From Octopus sinensis (Eukaryota): 64,000 nt of DNA. The notes below the pieces were generated by a model, which was given only the letters and a program-made list of their open reading frames with translations, ran no database searches and had not been told where the DNA came from. This document shows positions 1 to 13,214 of this stretch, one piece after another. Positions within the stretch are counted from its first letter, which is position 1; every line of letters starts with the position of its first letter. Where the stretch lies: contig NC_043012.1 of NCBI RefSeq assembly GCF_006345805.1, forward strand, positions 40,920,001 to 40,984,000, given 5' to 3'. The position numbers and the translations under genes were made by a program.

Positions 1-220
1 GTTATAAAACTGAAGCTTAAAGACTGGTGGTGTAAGGGAGACGCTGGCTGCTCCCTTTCATATTTTACATTTCAATTTCTATAATTTCGAATTTTTATCA
101 TTTTTTATTTTTGAACTCGACAAAGACAGGCTTCCTGTCGCAATTATCGATTACAATCGCATCACGCACTTCGTCTTACTTGTTTGCTTTTGTGAAGAGT
201 TACGTCAATCCTTTTTAAAA

Positions 221-494
221 TATGATGATAATAATAATAATAGTAAAATAATAATAATAATAATAATAATATAATAATAATAATATAATAATAATAATAA
301 TAATAATAGCATAATAATAATAGAATAATAATAATAATAATAATAATATGATAATAATAATAATAGCATAATAATAATAGTAATAATAAATAATAATAAT
401 AATAATAATGATAATAATAATAATAGCAATAATAATAATAGTAATAATAATAATAATAATAATAATGATAATAATAATAATAGCAATAATAATA

Positions 495-525
<31 letters not shown>

Positions 526-554
526 TGATAATAATAATAATAGCAATAATAATA

Positions 555-591
<37 letters not shown>

Positions 592-617
592 TAATAATAA
601 TAATAGCAATAATAATA

Positions 618-648
<31 letters not shown>

Positions 649-845
649 TGATAATAATATAATAGCAATAATAATAATAGTAATAATAATAAATAATAAT
701 ATAATGATAATAATAATAATATAATAATATAATATAATAATAAATAATAATAATAATAATGATAATAATAATAATAGCAATAATAATAATAGTAATAATA
801 AATAATAATAATATAATGATAATAATAATAATAGCAATAATAATA

Positions 846-876
<31 letters not shown>

Positions 877-1020
877 TGATAATAATAATAATAGCAATAA
901 TAATAATAGTAATAATAATAATAATAATAATTAATAATGATAATAATAATAGCAATAATAATAATAGTAATAATATATAATAATAATAATAATGATAATA
1001 ATAATATAGCAATAATAATA

Positions 1021-1051
<31 letters not shown>

Positions 1052-1193
1052 TGATAATAATAATAGCAATAATATAATAGTAATAATAATAATAAATAAT
1101 AATATAATGATAATAATAATAATAGCAATAATAATAATAGTAATAATAATAATAATAATAATAATGATAATAATAATAATAGCAATAATAATA

Positions 1194-1238
<45 letters not shown>

Positions 1239-1366
1239 TAATAGCAATAATATAATAGTATAATAATAATAATAATAATAATAATGATAATATAATAATA
1301 GCATAATAATAATAGTAATAATAAATAATAATAATAATAATGATAATAATAATAATAGCAATAATA

Positions 1367-1411
<45 letters not shown>

Positions 1412-1653
1412 TAATGATGATGATGATGATGATAATAATAATAATAATAATAGTAATAATAATAATGATGATGATGATAATAATAATAATAATAATAATA
1501 ATAGTAATAATAATAATAATAACAATAATAATAATAGTAATAATAATAATAAATAATAATAATAGTAATAATAATAATAGTAATAATAATAATAGTAATA
1601 ATAATAATAATAATAATAGTAATAATATAATAATAATAATAATGATAATAATG

Positions 1654-1684
<31 letters not shown>

Positions 1685-1816
1685 TAATATAATAATAATG
1701 ATAATAATATAATAGTAATAATAAGAATAATAATAATAATAATAATAATATAATAATAATAATAATAGTAATAATAATAATAGTAATAATAATATAATAA
1801 TAATAATAATAATAAA

Positions 1817-1858
<42 letters not shown>

Positions 1859-1922
1859 GATAATAATAATAATAATAATAATAATAGTAATAATAATAAT
1901 AATAATAATAATGATAATAATG

Positions 1923-1996
<74 letters not shown>

Positions 1997-2106
1997 AATA
2001 TAATAATAATAATAATGATAATAAATAATAATAATAATAATAATGATGATGATGATAATAATAATAAATAATAATGATGATGATGATGATGATAATAATA
2101 ATAATA

Positions 2107-2140
<34 letters not shown>

Positions 2141-2243
2141 GTAATAATAATGATAATAATAATAATAATGATGATGATGATGATGATAATAATAATAATA
2201 ATAATAATAATAATATAATATAATAATAATAATAATAATAGTA

Positions 2244-2308
<65 letters not shown>
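221..2308. repeat. Compound (AAT)n microsatellite, about 2.1 kb, with GAT/AGC/AGT variant triplets
   Basis: Directly visible AAT triplet array; source of the poly-Y/I/L/N ORFs. Confidence 0.98.
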
Positions 2309-4368
2309 CACAGCTCCGCATGGATTGACTATAAAAAGGCCTTCGACAGTATACCGCATTCACGGATCTTGAAATCGCTGGACATCTTCAAAATTTCCCC
2401 TGTGATTTCAAGCTTCCTGAAGCACAATATGTCGTTGTGGAATACGAATCTCCAATTATACCACTCTAATGGAGTACTTGCTTCAGAGAATATAAACATC
2501 AACTGTGGCATTTTTCAAGGTGACTCACTTTCACCTCTAATATTCTGCATAGCCCTAATACCCCTTACAAGTGAATTAAACAGAACAGGGTATGGGTATA
2601 AAATTGTCAATAAAAAATAAGCGATCTATTTTATATGGATGACTTAAAACTTTATGGTAAAGACAATAATGAACTTGAAGGCCTATTGCGCACCGTGAAA
2701 GCATTCAGCGATGACATCGGGATGGAGTTTGGACTTGAGAAGTGTGCCAAGGCCACTTTCCAGAAAGAGAAAGCGAAGACCACAAATTCAGTCGTGTTAC
2801 GTGTTGACACAGTCATAAGAGAGTTTGAGCAAGAATAAACCTACAAATATTTAGGGATAAATGAAGGATCTGGTATTCAGCATGCAAGCATGAAAGAGAA
2901 GATCAGGAAGGAATGTCATAGGAGAGTTCGAGCAGTCCTGAAATCTGAACTAAATGCACGTAACAAAGTGTTAGCTATAAATTCCTTAGCAGTTCCAGTT
3001 GTTACTTATAGCTACAATGTGTTGAACTGGAATATAAGTGAAGTAAAGAAAATAGATTGGAAAATATGCAAGCTGCTGAGTTGTAATAGGATGCACCACC
3101 CAAAGGCAGACGTAGATCGCCTTTACTCCCCAGAGCCCAAGGAGGTCGAGGCCTGATCCAATTTGAACTAGCTTACAAAACAACCACAATTGGACTGGCC
3201 AAATATCTTGAAATAACGAATGACTGGATGCTAAAGCTTGTGGAAAATCACGAGAGACGAAAGAAGCTTCATTCTATCATAAAGGAAAGCAAAAAAATTG
3301 CTATTGATCTTGTGCAGGATACCCAAACTGAACAACCCGAGGGAAGTACGGCAACTATTGTTGCAAAGAAGATGAAAATAATGGCAACGAAAAAAGCGCA
3401 CGAGCAATTGGCTGATAGGTGGGAGGAGAAACCTCTGCACGGCAAATATGTGGCCCGTAGCAAACAAGCTGATGTTGACCAGAAGCAAACCCATCAGTGG
3501 CTACGGAGCTCAGGGCTAAAAGCAGAGAGCGAAGGTTTCATCCTGGCTGCTCAAGATCAAAGCCTATTATCCCGGAACTACCAGGCCAATGTGATGAAAA
3601 ATGGAGCAGACCCAAAATGCCGACTCTGCAACGACATGATTGAAACAGTAGACCACCTAATCTCTGGATGTAAAGTCTTAGCACCAGTGGAGTATAAATT
3701 AAGACATGACAGAGTTGGCCAATATCTACACTGGCTAATAAGTCGGTATTACAATATCAAAACTGCCGACAAGTGGTATAATCACCACCCTGAAGCTGTA
3801 ACTGAAGGAGAAAATGTAACGATTCTGTGGGACTTTCCAGTACATACAGACCGAACCATCAAAGCCAATAAACCGGATATTGTTGTGAAAGACCAAAACA
3901 ATAAAGTTTACTTATTGATCGACGTGAGCATCCCCTGTGATCATAATATCTCGGCGAAAGAATTTGACAAGCTCAGAAAATATAAAGACCTACTTATTGA
4001 AATTGAGAAAATGTGGCATCTCAAGGCGGTTACAATACCAGTGATCGTAGGAGCACTACGAATGATCAAGAAGGGAACCGAAAATTATATGAGAATGATC
4101 CCTGGCTTACCATCGCTGCAAGCAGTGCAAAAGATTGTCTTAACTGGTACATCACACGTATTGAGAAGAGCATTGTCGATGTGAGAACTATTACTACCCA
4201 TGTATTTTAATTTAACTTTATTTCTATCAAAAAAAAAAAAAAATGAACGAACTATTGAGTTTAGTTTAATGGTCTACCAATGTATACTATGAGTTTCTTT
4301 GCCCTAGGAGTCGGGAAGACACTCGGCAAGAAATGGAAGAAAATCTGAAAAAAGAAGAAAAACCCATA
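2309..4368 (+). mobile_element. 5'-truncated R4/Dong-like non-LTR retrotransposon (copy 1), few lesions
   Basis: RT motifs AWIDYKKAFDS, GIFQGDSLSP and (F)YMDDLKLY; CCHC CRLC..ETVDHLISGC; RLE motif KPDIVV..LIDVSIP; 3'UTR runs into (TAA)n. Has a frameshift near 2615, a stop near 2838 and a frameshift near 3150. Confidence 0.92.
3228..4184 (+). CDS. Uninterrupted C-terminal ORF segment of the R4/Dong-like element (CCHC zinc knuckle plus restriction-like endonuclease)
   Basis: 318-aa ORF with WLRSSGLKAESEGFILAAQDQ, CRLC..H..C, KPDIVV, PVIVGALR and LTGTSHVLRRAL; part of a broken retrotransposon ORF, not a host gene. Confidence 0.75.
   Translation: MLKLVENHERRKKLHSIIKESKKIAIDLVQDTQTEQPEGSTATIVAKKMKIMATKKAHEQLADRWEEKPLHGKYVARSKQADVDQKQTHQWLRSSGLKAESEGFILAAQDQSLLSRNYQANVMKNGADPKCRLCNDMIETVDHLISGCKVLAPVEYKLRHDRVGQYLHWLISRYYNIKTADKWYNHHPEAVTEGENVTILWDFPVHTDRTIKANKPDIVVKDQNNKVYLLIDVSIPCDHNISAKEFDKLRKYKDLLIEIEKMWHLKAVTIPVIVGALRMIKKGTENYMRMIPGLPSLQAVQKIVLTGTSHVLRRALSM

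Positions 4369-4423
<55 letters not shown>
4369..4423. repeat. (TAA)n array at the 3' end of R4-like copy 1
   Basis: Pure TAA run. Confidence 0.95.
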
Positions 4424-4427
<4 letters not shown>

Positions 4428-4494
4428 CATTCATGAATTTATTTATTAATTTTTTAAATACATATTTTACCTGTGAGTTTGCGTGTGTAATATA

Positions 4495-5822
4495 ATTACC
4501 TGGGTATCATAGAAAGGGATAAGATGAATGAACACAAGATGAACGAAATGTGCAGGAAAGGGTATTTGAGGAGAACTCAGCAATTGCTCCAATCGAAGCT
4601 AAATGGCCGCCATAAGATTAGAGCAATTAACAGGTGGGCTGTTGCTTTGATGAAGATATGGGTGAAGAATAGTATCTTGGAAGAAGCATGAATTACAAGA
4701 GATAGACCGGAAAACACGTAAATTAATGACAACGAACAAGGGACTTCACCCCAAGAGTGACGTGTGAAGATTGTATGTAAAGAGGAAAGAAGGAGGATAT
4801 GTTGTGAAGGTTGTGTAAACGAAGAGGAGAATAGCTTGGCTTGGTATGTCAAGGGGAGCAAAGAAGAAATGATTGAAGCAGTGAAAATGCAGGGAACCTT
4901 AAAAGTGAACGAAGCCGTAGATCTAATACAAATTAAGAAAGGCCAGAGAGATAGTAGATGAAGAAAACTTGGCTGGACTAGAAAATGCACAGTCAGTTCA
5001 TGAAGAATAAAGATGATATTGACTGGAATAGAACCTGGCAATGGCAGCAGAAAGGAGACTTCAAAGAGCCCACTGAGACATTAGTGTGCAGCGCTCAAGA
5101 GAACAAGATCTCAGAACAAACTACTCCAAATATCACATTGATAAAAGTACTGCCTCGCCATAGTGTAGGATGTGCTTTGAGACGGGAGACAGTATAAGCC
5201 ATATTGTTAGTGAGTGCTGTAAGCTCGTACAACGCGAATACAAAAGGAGACACAATAATGTGGCCAGATATGTTCACTGGCTGTTGTGCGGTAAAGCAAA
5301 CCTCTAGAGAGCCGAACAATGGTATGAACACAAGCCAGGGGGAGTAATGGAAAACGAACATTACGAAATACTCTGGGATTTTAATATGCAGTGTAACCAA
5401 GTCATGGAGGCGAGACGAGCAGATATCGTGATCATCCATAAAGAAGAAAAAGAAGTAGAGATAATAGCTGTTGCAATAACAGGCGATTCGAGGGTAAAAT
5501 GTAAGGAAACAGAAAAGAATGAGAAATACCATCCAGTGCGGGAGGAGATAGAAAGGTTATGGGGCATGAGGAAAGTAATGGTGATACCAGTGGTAACTGG
5601 GGCATTAGGAACAGTTTCCAAGGGCTTTGAAAAATCATATCAAGAATATTGGAGCTGCTGTCAGGCTCGAGGTGATCCAGAAGACAGAACTGTTGGGTAC
5701 AGCTCGCATTCTAAGGAGAGTATTGTCTCTTTGAGTCACATGAAACCTTTATTGATTTGTTATTGCCTGCTTGCAAGTAAAGGATTAACCGGTAATTACG
5801 AAATGTCTAAGAGTCTTTCAGA
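4495..5822 (+). mobile_element. Degraded 5'-truncated R4/Dong-like retrotransposon (copy 2)
   Basis: Pieces across frames: YLGII, SKLNG..IRAINRWAV, ETLVCSAQE, ILWDFNMQ..RRADIVI, IPVVTGALGTV, GTARILRRVL; followed by an AAT/AAC array. Confidence 0.88.
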
Positions 5823-5854
5823 ATAATAATAGTAATAATAACAACAACAAAAAC

Positions 5855-5899
<45 letters not shown>

Positions 5900-6109
5900 C
5901 CTTCCTATTATAGACACAAGGCCAAAAATTTGGGGGAGGGGGACAGTCGATTGCATCAACCTCAGTACTCAGCTTGTACTTAATTTATCGACACCAAAAG
6001 GATGAAGGCAACGTCGACCTCGGAGGAATTTGAACTCAGAACGTAACGACAGACGAAAAATCACTGAGCATTTCGCCCGGCGTTCTAACGATTCTGCCAG
6101 CTCGCCACC
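5900..6109 (-). mobile_element. tRNA-headed SINE, family A
   Basis: Minus strand reads GGCGAGCTGGCAGAATCGTTAG..GAGTTCAAATTCC..GTCGAC..GATAAATTAAGTAC; homologous to many copies in the window. Confidence 0.9.
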
Positions 6110-6259
<150 letters not shown>

Positions 6260-7983
6260 GTTGAGCGATTGCTTGGAAAAAGTATGGCGAAGTGGATGAC
6301 GGAACTGACAGCTTATGGAAGAAGTTTAGGGACAATAGGAATCAGGAGAGGCATTTTCCAAGGGGACTGCCTGTCCCCACTTATCTTTGTACTGTGCATG
6401 ATACCACTAACACTGATTCTGAGGAAAGCAAAGGCTGGGTATAGATTCAAAAGCCGCCAACAAAAAGTCAACCATTTGTTATTCATGGATGACCTCAAAC
6501 TTTATGGTAAAGATGAATCTCAAGTCAGTTCCCTCATTGATACGGTGTATACCTTCACTGCTGATATCAGAATGGAGTTTAGATTAAAAAAGTGTGGTGT
6601 GTTAGTTTTGAAGAGAGGCAAAATCAAATGCATGGACGGACTAACGATACCGTCGGTGGAGGTTATGAAGGAGATAGAAGAGACGAGCTATATGTACTTG
6701 GGTGTATTGGAATTGGATAAACTGATGGAGAAAGAAATGACAGAAAAATTCAAGGTGGAATACTTGCGCAGACTGAGACAGATCCTTAAGTCGAAATTAA
6801 ATTATCAATACCTGGGCTGTTTCACTCCTCAGATATGGGGCAGGGGTAATCAAATTGACAGTAGGCGAACTAAATAGCTTAGACAGAAAGTCAAGGAAGT
6901 TGCTGACTAGATGTGGGTCACTTCACCCAAAAATTGACTCAGACAGACTGCATGTACCAAGAGGAGGAAGAGGACTGATTGGATGCGAACACAGCATTAG
7001 AGCAGAAGAAAACAACATAGCATGGTATGTAAAAAATGCTACAGAACCACTATTATTGGAAGTAGGAAGGCCAGGCTTGTATAGGATGGAAGATTGCAAA
7101 GATAAAGCACTGTACGAGTACTTGAGAATGAATGAAACTGAAAATAGGTGGGTAAAGAAAAGAATGCCAGGACAATTCTATAGGGATGTTGAAGATAAGA
7201 CAGACAGAGAAAAAAGATGGCTATGGATGACTAAAAGTGATTTAAAACCGGAAACGGAGGCTCTAATCTGTGCTGCCCAAGAGCAAACACTAAGAACCAA
7301 TTACATCAAATACAGAGTAGACAACATATCAGAAAGTGATAAATGCAGAATTTGTGGACAAAATGGTGAAAGCGTATGGCATATTACCAGTCAATGTACG
7401 CCACTAGCCCAGATAGAATGTAAGAGGCATCATGACAATATAGCAAGGATTATCCATCGGACACTTTGCAACAAGAATGAACTTGACAGAGCAAAAAGTG
7501 GTACGAATATAAACCCGAAGGCATCATCGAAAATGATAATACAAAGAACCTATGGGATATTATGATTCAGTGCGACCATGAGATAGAGAATAGAAAGCCA
7601 GGCATAGTCTTAATTGAGAAAGAAAGCAAACGATGCTGGATCATAGATATAGCATGCCCAGCTGACAACAAGGTATGCGTAAGGAAGAAATAAAAGACGA
7701 TAGATATAACAGGTTAACTTGGGAGGTTAAGCAGTTGAGGTCGCTGAAAAAGGCAGCAATAATTATTCTTGGAGCCCTGGGAACAGTGAGCAAAAATCTC
7801 CAGAAGTACGTGGAACAAATAGGGGCTGCAATAAGGGTGGAGCACTTGCAGAAAACAGCATTGCTTGGAACCGCTCGTATACTCCGGATGGTGCTCGAAA
7901 AATAAAGGGTATTACCTTAGTTTACTGGAAGTGAACAGCTGATACCGTTGTACATCTCCAGCATTAGAAACTGTGCAAATAAA
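6260..7983 (+). mobile_element. 5'-truncated R4/Dong-like retrotransposon (copy 3)
   Basis: GIFQGDCLSP, HLLFMDDLKLY, KPETEALICAAQEQ, CRICG..HITSQC, GALGTV and LLGTARILRMVL; several frameshifts; triplet arrays on both sides. Confidence 0.92.
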
Positions 7984-8009
7984 ATAATAATAACAACAAC
8001 AACAACAAC

Positions 8010-8071
<62 letters not shown>

Positions 8072-8072
<1 letters not shown>

Positions 8073-8262
8073 GATTTCAAATTTTGGCACTAGGCCAGGA
8101 ATTTCGGGAAGGAGTAAGTCCATAACATAGACCTCAGTGTTTTATCGACCCCGAGAATGATGAAAAGAAAACCACGGTGAAATTTGAACTCAGTTCGCAA
8201 ATATGGACGAAAGGCCGCTAAAACTTTTGCCAGGCGTGCTAATGTTTCTGCAGAACCCCGCC
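8072..8262 (-). mobile_element. SINE family A
   Basis: Homology to 5900-6109; (AAT)n on the tail side and (ACT)n on the head side. Confidence 0.85.
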
Positions 8263-8264
8263 TG

Positions 8265-8314
<50 letters not shown>

Positions 8315-8318
8315 AACA

Positions 8319-8360
<42 letters not shown>

Positions 8361-8371
8361 GCTGCTACTAC

Positions 8372-8555
8372 TACTTGTTTCTACTATAGGCATCAGGAGG
8401 ATAATTGATTATATCGACCCCAGTGTTCAATTGGTACTTAATTTATCGTCTTCAAAAGATGAAAGACAAAGCCAATCACGGCGGAATTGGTACTCAGAAC
8501 GTAAGGACGGACGAAATGCCGTTAAGTATTTCGTCCGTCGTGTTAACGATTCTGC
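8372..8555 (-). mobile_element. SINE family A
   Basis: cgaccccagt..ggtacttaatttatcg..ctcagaacgt..aacgattctgc blocks. Confidence 0.85.
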
Positions 8556-8734
8556 TTGGAACTGCATAAACACCTCTGAGGAGTTCTGGAAAGCTGAATG
8601 AAGAGTGTTACTTCGTCCACTGGTTGTGGACAGCTGACGCGAAGCTGCTTTCTTAAACAAAACCATAACAACAACAACAACAACAACAACTGTAACAATA
8701 ATAGCAACAATGATAAAATAATATTGATATCTTT

Positions 8735-8966
8735 TCAAAATATTGGTACAAGACTAGAAATTTAAGCGATTGGAGTATCGGTCGAGTGGAGAGTCATCGA
8801 TACCAGTGAACTTACCACTCGACTTGTTCTCCATTAATTATTATTATTATTTTTTTTTTTGGAATGATAAAAGGTGAAGTTGACCTCACTGGAATCTGAA
8901 CTCAGAACATAAAGAGCCGGAAAAAAATAGCGTAAAACATTTTGCATGACGCTCTACCGATTCTGA
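8735..8966 (-). mobile_element. Degraded SINE family A
   Basis: gttgacctcactggaatctgaactcagaac..cgattctg blocks. Confidence 0.6.
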
Positions 8967-9243
8967 CTGGTTGACTAAGTTTCGTGTAATACAACTCTCC
9001 AAATAATTGTACTTCTGAGAGGTTCTTTTGATGACCTACTTAATATGAATAAAGGAATGACGAAAGAAAAGTAACCACTTTCATTAGCTTACAGCTGTTT
9101 CTGCTGAAAATAGCTGTATTAGCAGAGTTGAGTGCTTGTGCAACATCTTATAGCTCCCTCGGAGCCATTAAACTTAAATTGGAGTTTGTTTATTTGGGAA
9201 AAAATTTAAGTACATAAAACTGGTTGCATTTAGAGTTATATAT

Positions 9244-9452
9244 TTTCTACTCTAGGCATAAGGCTCGAAATTTTGGGGGAGGGGCCAGTCGATTAGATCG
9301 ACCCAAGTACGCAACTGGTACTTAATTCATCGACCCCGAAAGGATGAAAGGCAAAGTCGACCTCGGTGGAATTTGAACTGAGAACGTAAAGACTGATGAA
9401 ATACCGTTAAACATTTCGCCCGGCGTGCTAACGATTCTGCCAGCTCGCCTCC
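9244..9452 (-). mobile_element. SINE family A, well preserved
   Basis: Full head to tail; ends ..gccttatgcctagagtagaaa. Confidence 0.92.
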
Positions 9453-9721
9453 TTAGAGTTCTATCATGACACTCTACCTTAACTTTCATAACATATGCAA
9501 TATCTTATCATCTCCGGTTTGTCGTTTCCAGCGTGTTAAAACTAAGTGTAACTTCCGGTTACTTTGCCGCTATGAAATTAACAGCAGCAAGTAAGTCGAA
9601 GCGTGTATGCGTGTACATGTACATACATACATACATACACACAGACACATATGTATGTATATATGTATCTCTCTCCCTCTCTCACACTGTATATATATAT
9701 ATATATGTATATATATATAAC

Positions 9722-10721
9722 TTTGATAACTTTAATACGTTTCGGCCAGTATAAGCGCAGGCCATGTCTAACTTAATAACACCACCTGGTGAAGTCTTTT
9801 AGTCATATATAGGGCACCATGGCCCACTCTAGCAAACAGTTATTATTGTTGGAGACATATCCGAGTGTAGGACACGGGTCCGAAATCTTTTGAAGAAATT
9901 TGTCCAGTGAACTTTATGGGATACGTTTCAATTTTGACTTATTTTGGAATGGTATTAAAGAGAGCTGGAACGGTTGAGGTAAAGTAGTTGTGACGTACTG
10001 TTGTTATTTGTCCTGCGTTCGACTTTTGTTGTGGGCGGAAAGTACGGGGTCCAAGTCTTGGGATTTTAAAATTGATACCAACATCCTTTGTGTAATATTG
10101 ATGGAATATTTTCCATATCACACAAATGATGTGGCGCTCCCGGTGACTTGGTAGAAAGTAGAGACTGAGTTATTTTAGTCGACCCCAATAGTCAATGCCT
10201 GCCATGCTGTCTATCTTTCTTGTTATTGACCTCTGGAGTGCTTCCACTTTCATAATGAGTTGCTTCGTATGGGGAGACCACAGTGGCCAACAGTATTCAA
10301 GGTCGGGTCGGGCAAAAGTAGATTAGAGAAGGATGATTGTGTGGGCATCTTTAGACCGGAAAGTTCTCAGAATCCAGGAGTTCATTTTGCGGGCCAAGTC
10401 AGCCTTGCTGTTGACGTGTGAACTCCAGCTTAGATTGTTATCAACAATTACTCCAAGGTCTCTGGTGTTGTTGGATGACATTAGGGAGTCACCCGACGGA
10501 GGAGCATATGGTAGTTTCAGAGTATCCCATTTTCCAGAGTGGATCAAATTAAACTTATCTTCATTTAGAAGCATATTGTTTTTTCCCGCCCATTGGTCAA
10601 CAGCAAACAGATCCGACTGAAGGCATGGTCAGTCTCCCATACCGTTTATGGCTTTCTGGAGTTTGGAATCATCTGCAAAGATTTTCAATGTAGAATGTTT
10701 GATAATGTTTTACTCTGTCAA

Positions 10722-10722
<1 letters not shown>
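9722..10722 (-). mobile_element. 5'-truncated CR1/L2-like LINE (RT C-terminal half and 3' end)
   Basis: Minus-strand translation gives KIFADDSKL (FADD at 10668-10679), RDLGVIVDNNLSWSSHV and RPDLEYCWPLWSP; has stops and frameshifts. Confidence 0.88.
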
Positions 10723-10752
<30 letters not shown>

Positions 10753-10864
10753 TTATATTCGTGTGTGTGTGTGTGAATATATATATATATATATGTATGA
10801 ATAATGCATTTCTGTATCTACACACACACACGCACGCACGCACGCGCAGACACACGCACACACA

Positions 10865-11937
10865 CCCGGTGTTGCTTGGGTTTGTTTCGACCCTTTAGAA
10901 TTGGAATTTTTGAAAAGTAAAAATTTTGCATTATGCAACTTGTTATTCTCTTCAAGGGAACATTTTTCCAGTTGAAATACACCGAAAAATGGTGACACAG
11001 CAGTCAAAAATCGTAAAAAAATAGGGCCTTTCATAGAAAAAAAGCACCTTTTTGATGTAGATAATTTTTGGTGTTAACATGGACCGATTTGAATTTTATC
11101 TTCTACAGAATGAAGAGCAAGTCTTCTATCATACTCTCAATTTTGGTCAACTATCGAAGGAGATAGTGTTAGTTGAAGGCTACCAAACCTGCCACACACA
11201 GACAACTTCAGCTTTATATATATAGATTTGCTACACACTACTTTCCATCCTGAATAATGATACTTGGTAGATCCAAAAGTTAAACACACAGACACACACA
11301 CAGTTACACACACAGACACACAAGTTGAGTTATATATATATATAGATTTCTCAACGGGGATTTCAGGGGAGAGTTTCAGGGAGTCGCTGGCGATGTATCA
11401 TGATGATCAAAAATCCGGCCTGCTAAAATTTGGTTAAAGTAATTCAAACTGCAGACTCAACGCAAAATGGTCATATTTAATTCAAAGCGTTAAAAATGTT
11501 ATGAAAACAATTGGTATGTGTTCACAAAGTTCAAACGATTACTACGAAAAAACCCTCCAGGCTACATCCCGAAAATTCATTTCTTTGCCGAATTTCTACA
11601 ATGTTTACGGCGATTCGTTTTTATATCTTGATTTTTTATTTTTCATGCAATTTACGCATGCTTGCACGCGTGGTGAACTCAGTTCACGTCAAACAGCTGA
11701 CTGAGTAAAGCTCATTATTCAATGCATGGGATAAGGCATAAACAAACACATTATCGATTTTTGCACTTGCGAGATGAATTTCGGAACAGAAATAGCGCAG
11801 TTCAAATTTCATTCGCCTAAACTTTAAGTGACCCATTTTTGGTGGTTCTACGATTTGTTGGCTAGGAGGAGATGTGCCGGGAAGTTAGACACACAGATAC
11901 ACACACAGACACACAAGCTGAGTTTTATATATATAGA
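10865..11937 (-). mobile_element. Cluster of non-autonomous Helitron-like elements or ends
   Basis: Three A|TCTATATATATA-type 5' ends (first T at 11226, 11346, 11937), each followed by TG-rich tracts; 3' subterminal CCCAAGCAACACCGGG at 10865-10880. Family assignment is by resemblance only. Confidence 0.55.
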
Positions 11938-11996
11938 TATATTCAGAGAGAGAGAGAGAGAGAGAGGGGGGCATGTGTGTGTGTGTATGTCCGTGA

Positions 11997-12205
11997 AGGT
12001 GCATGGCATAGTGGTTTGATTGTCGTAGGTTGGATTCCCAGACCGGGCAGCGAGTTGTGTTCTTGAACAAAACACTTCATATCACGTTGCTCGAATCCCC
12101 CTTTCAATGAGGAAGAAATGTGAGCTTGTTTGCCCAGCTAGTGGGATGGCTTCAATCCAAGGCAAAGCGCATTAAGACCAGCAATATGTAACAGCAACTG
12201 ATGTA
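11997..12205 (+). mobile_element. Degraded tRNA-headed SINE (core-like middle, tail T2)
   Basis: attcccagaccggg head, gtgttcttgaacaaaacacttc middle, aagcgcatt..accagc..gcaactga tail shared with 30929-31220. Confidence 0.65.
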
Positions 12206-12217
12206 CAAACGCACACA

Positions 12218-12434
12218 TACATGGAGGTGCTGAAATGTTCCTGGCTTTAAAGGTGTCTTGAAATGTTTGGCTTGAGGGTCACCCTTCTGAGTTCTATTAC
12301 AGAACTTAGAAAAGCTGAATGACCGCTGCAATAAGGGTGTAAATTTGAAAGATGAACATGTGGAATAAAATCATAATTATCTGGTCCTCCTGTATTTTCT
12401 TTTTACCCATAAAATCGCAGCCCCCACCCTCGTA
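12218..12434 (+). mobile_element. Mariner-derived MITE
   Basis: Ends TAC..GGTGCTGAAATGTTCCTGGCTTT and ..CCCTCGTA; interior translates LEKLNDRCNKGVNLKDEHVE*, resembling the mariner transposase C-terminus; second copy at 30303. Confidence 0.7.
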
Positions 12435-12646
12435 TGAATGTATGTATGTTCAAATTTATAGAAAAAAAAACGAAGATTGGTGAGGGAACAACAAACAGGT
12501 GTATTAGTTTGACGCTCGGGGAGAATGGAAAAGTCTTTGACGTTTCGAGCCTACGCTCTTCGATAGAAAAGCATGAGAGAAAAAATAGAGAACGGAAAAA
12601 GATTGAGAGAGAAAAAAATGTTTATGGATTAATGGTTCAACACGAC

Positions 12647-12726
<80 letters not shown>

Positions 12727-12852
12727 ATATATATATATATATATATATTTATAATAGGATTAGCTCGTATACGAGTAGGTATATATTTGTAAAAAATGAA
12801 GTTCGAAAGTGCTGCTGTATTATACAATTTTTAATTTATATATATACATTAT

Positions 12853-12886
12853 AACATGTTTCAGTTCCTGAAATGAACCTTATCAA
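12853..12886 (-). ncRNA. Minimal hammerhead-like motif (degenerate stem I)
   Basis: TTGATAA-GGTTC-loop-GAACT-GAAA-CATGT-T. Confidence 0.35.
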
Positions 12887-13214
12887 AAAAAGTTATATAA
12901 AAAAAAAAGACAGCTCATGCCGTCAAACACAAGAAATTCATTTATAATACACAACGGAGTCAGACATCTTAGAGTTCATGTATAGTTGATATATAGTTCA
13001 TGTATAGTTGATATATAGTTTGAAGTATATGTTCAAAGTGTTCGATGCAGTGGCCCACGGTGGCGATACGTATTCAATACAAAAAACAGATCAAAGTGAT
13101 GGAAAGCGGTCAATACAGAAGATTGATGTTTCCGAAAGAGCGAGGAATTCATTTTTACCTTAAGCAATTGTGATGACCCATGGTGGAAGTTCGCTTATAT
13201 ATGTATATATACTC

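Noticed and set aside
162-2363. 733-aa ORF and the many other poly-Y/I/L/H/CV/YI ORFs in the track
   Set aside because: They are translations of microsatellites that lack stop codons in some frames; no coding signal.
2309-4368. Active autonomous retrotransposon
   Set aside because: 5'-truncated within RT and carries stops and frameshifts; no copy in the window is complete.
9088-9130. Hammerhead on the minus strand ending GAAACAGCTGTA
   Set aside because: Palindromic stem III is present but the core reads CTGCTAA; too degenerate to claim.
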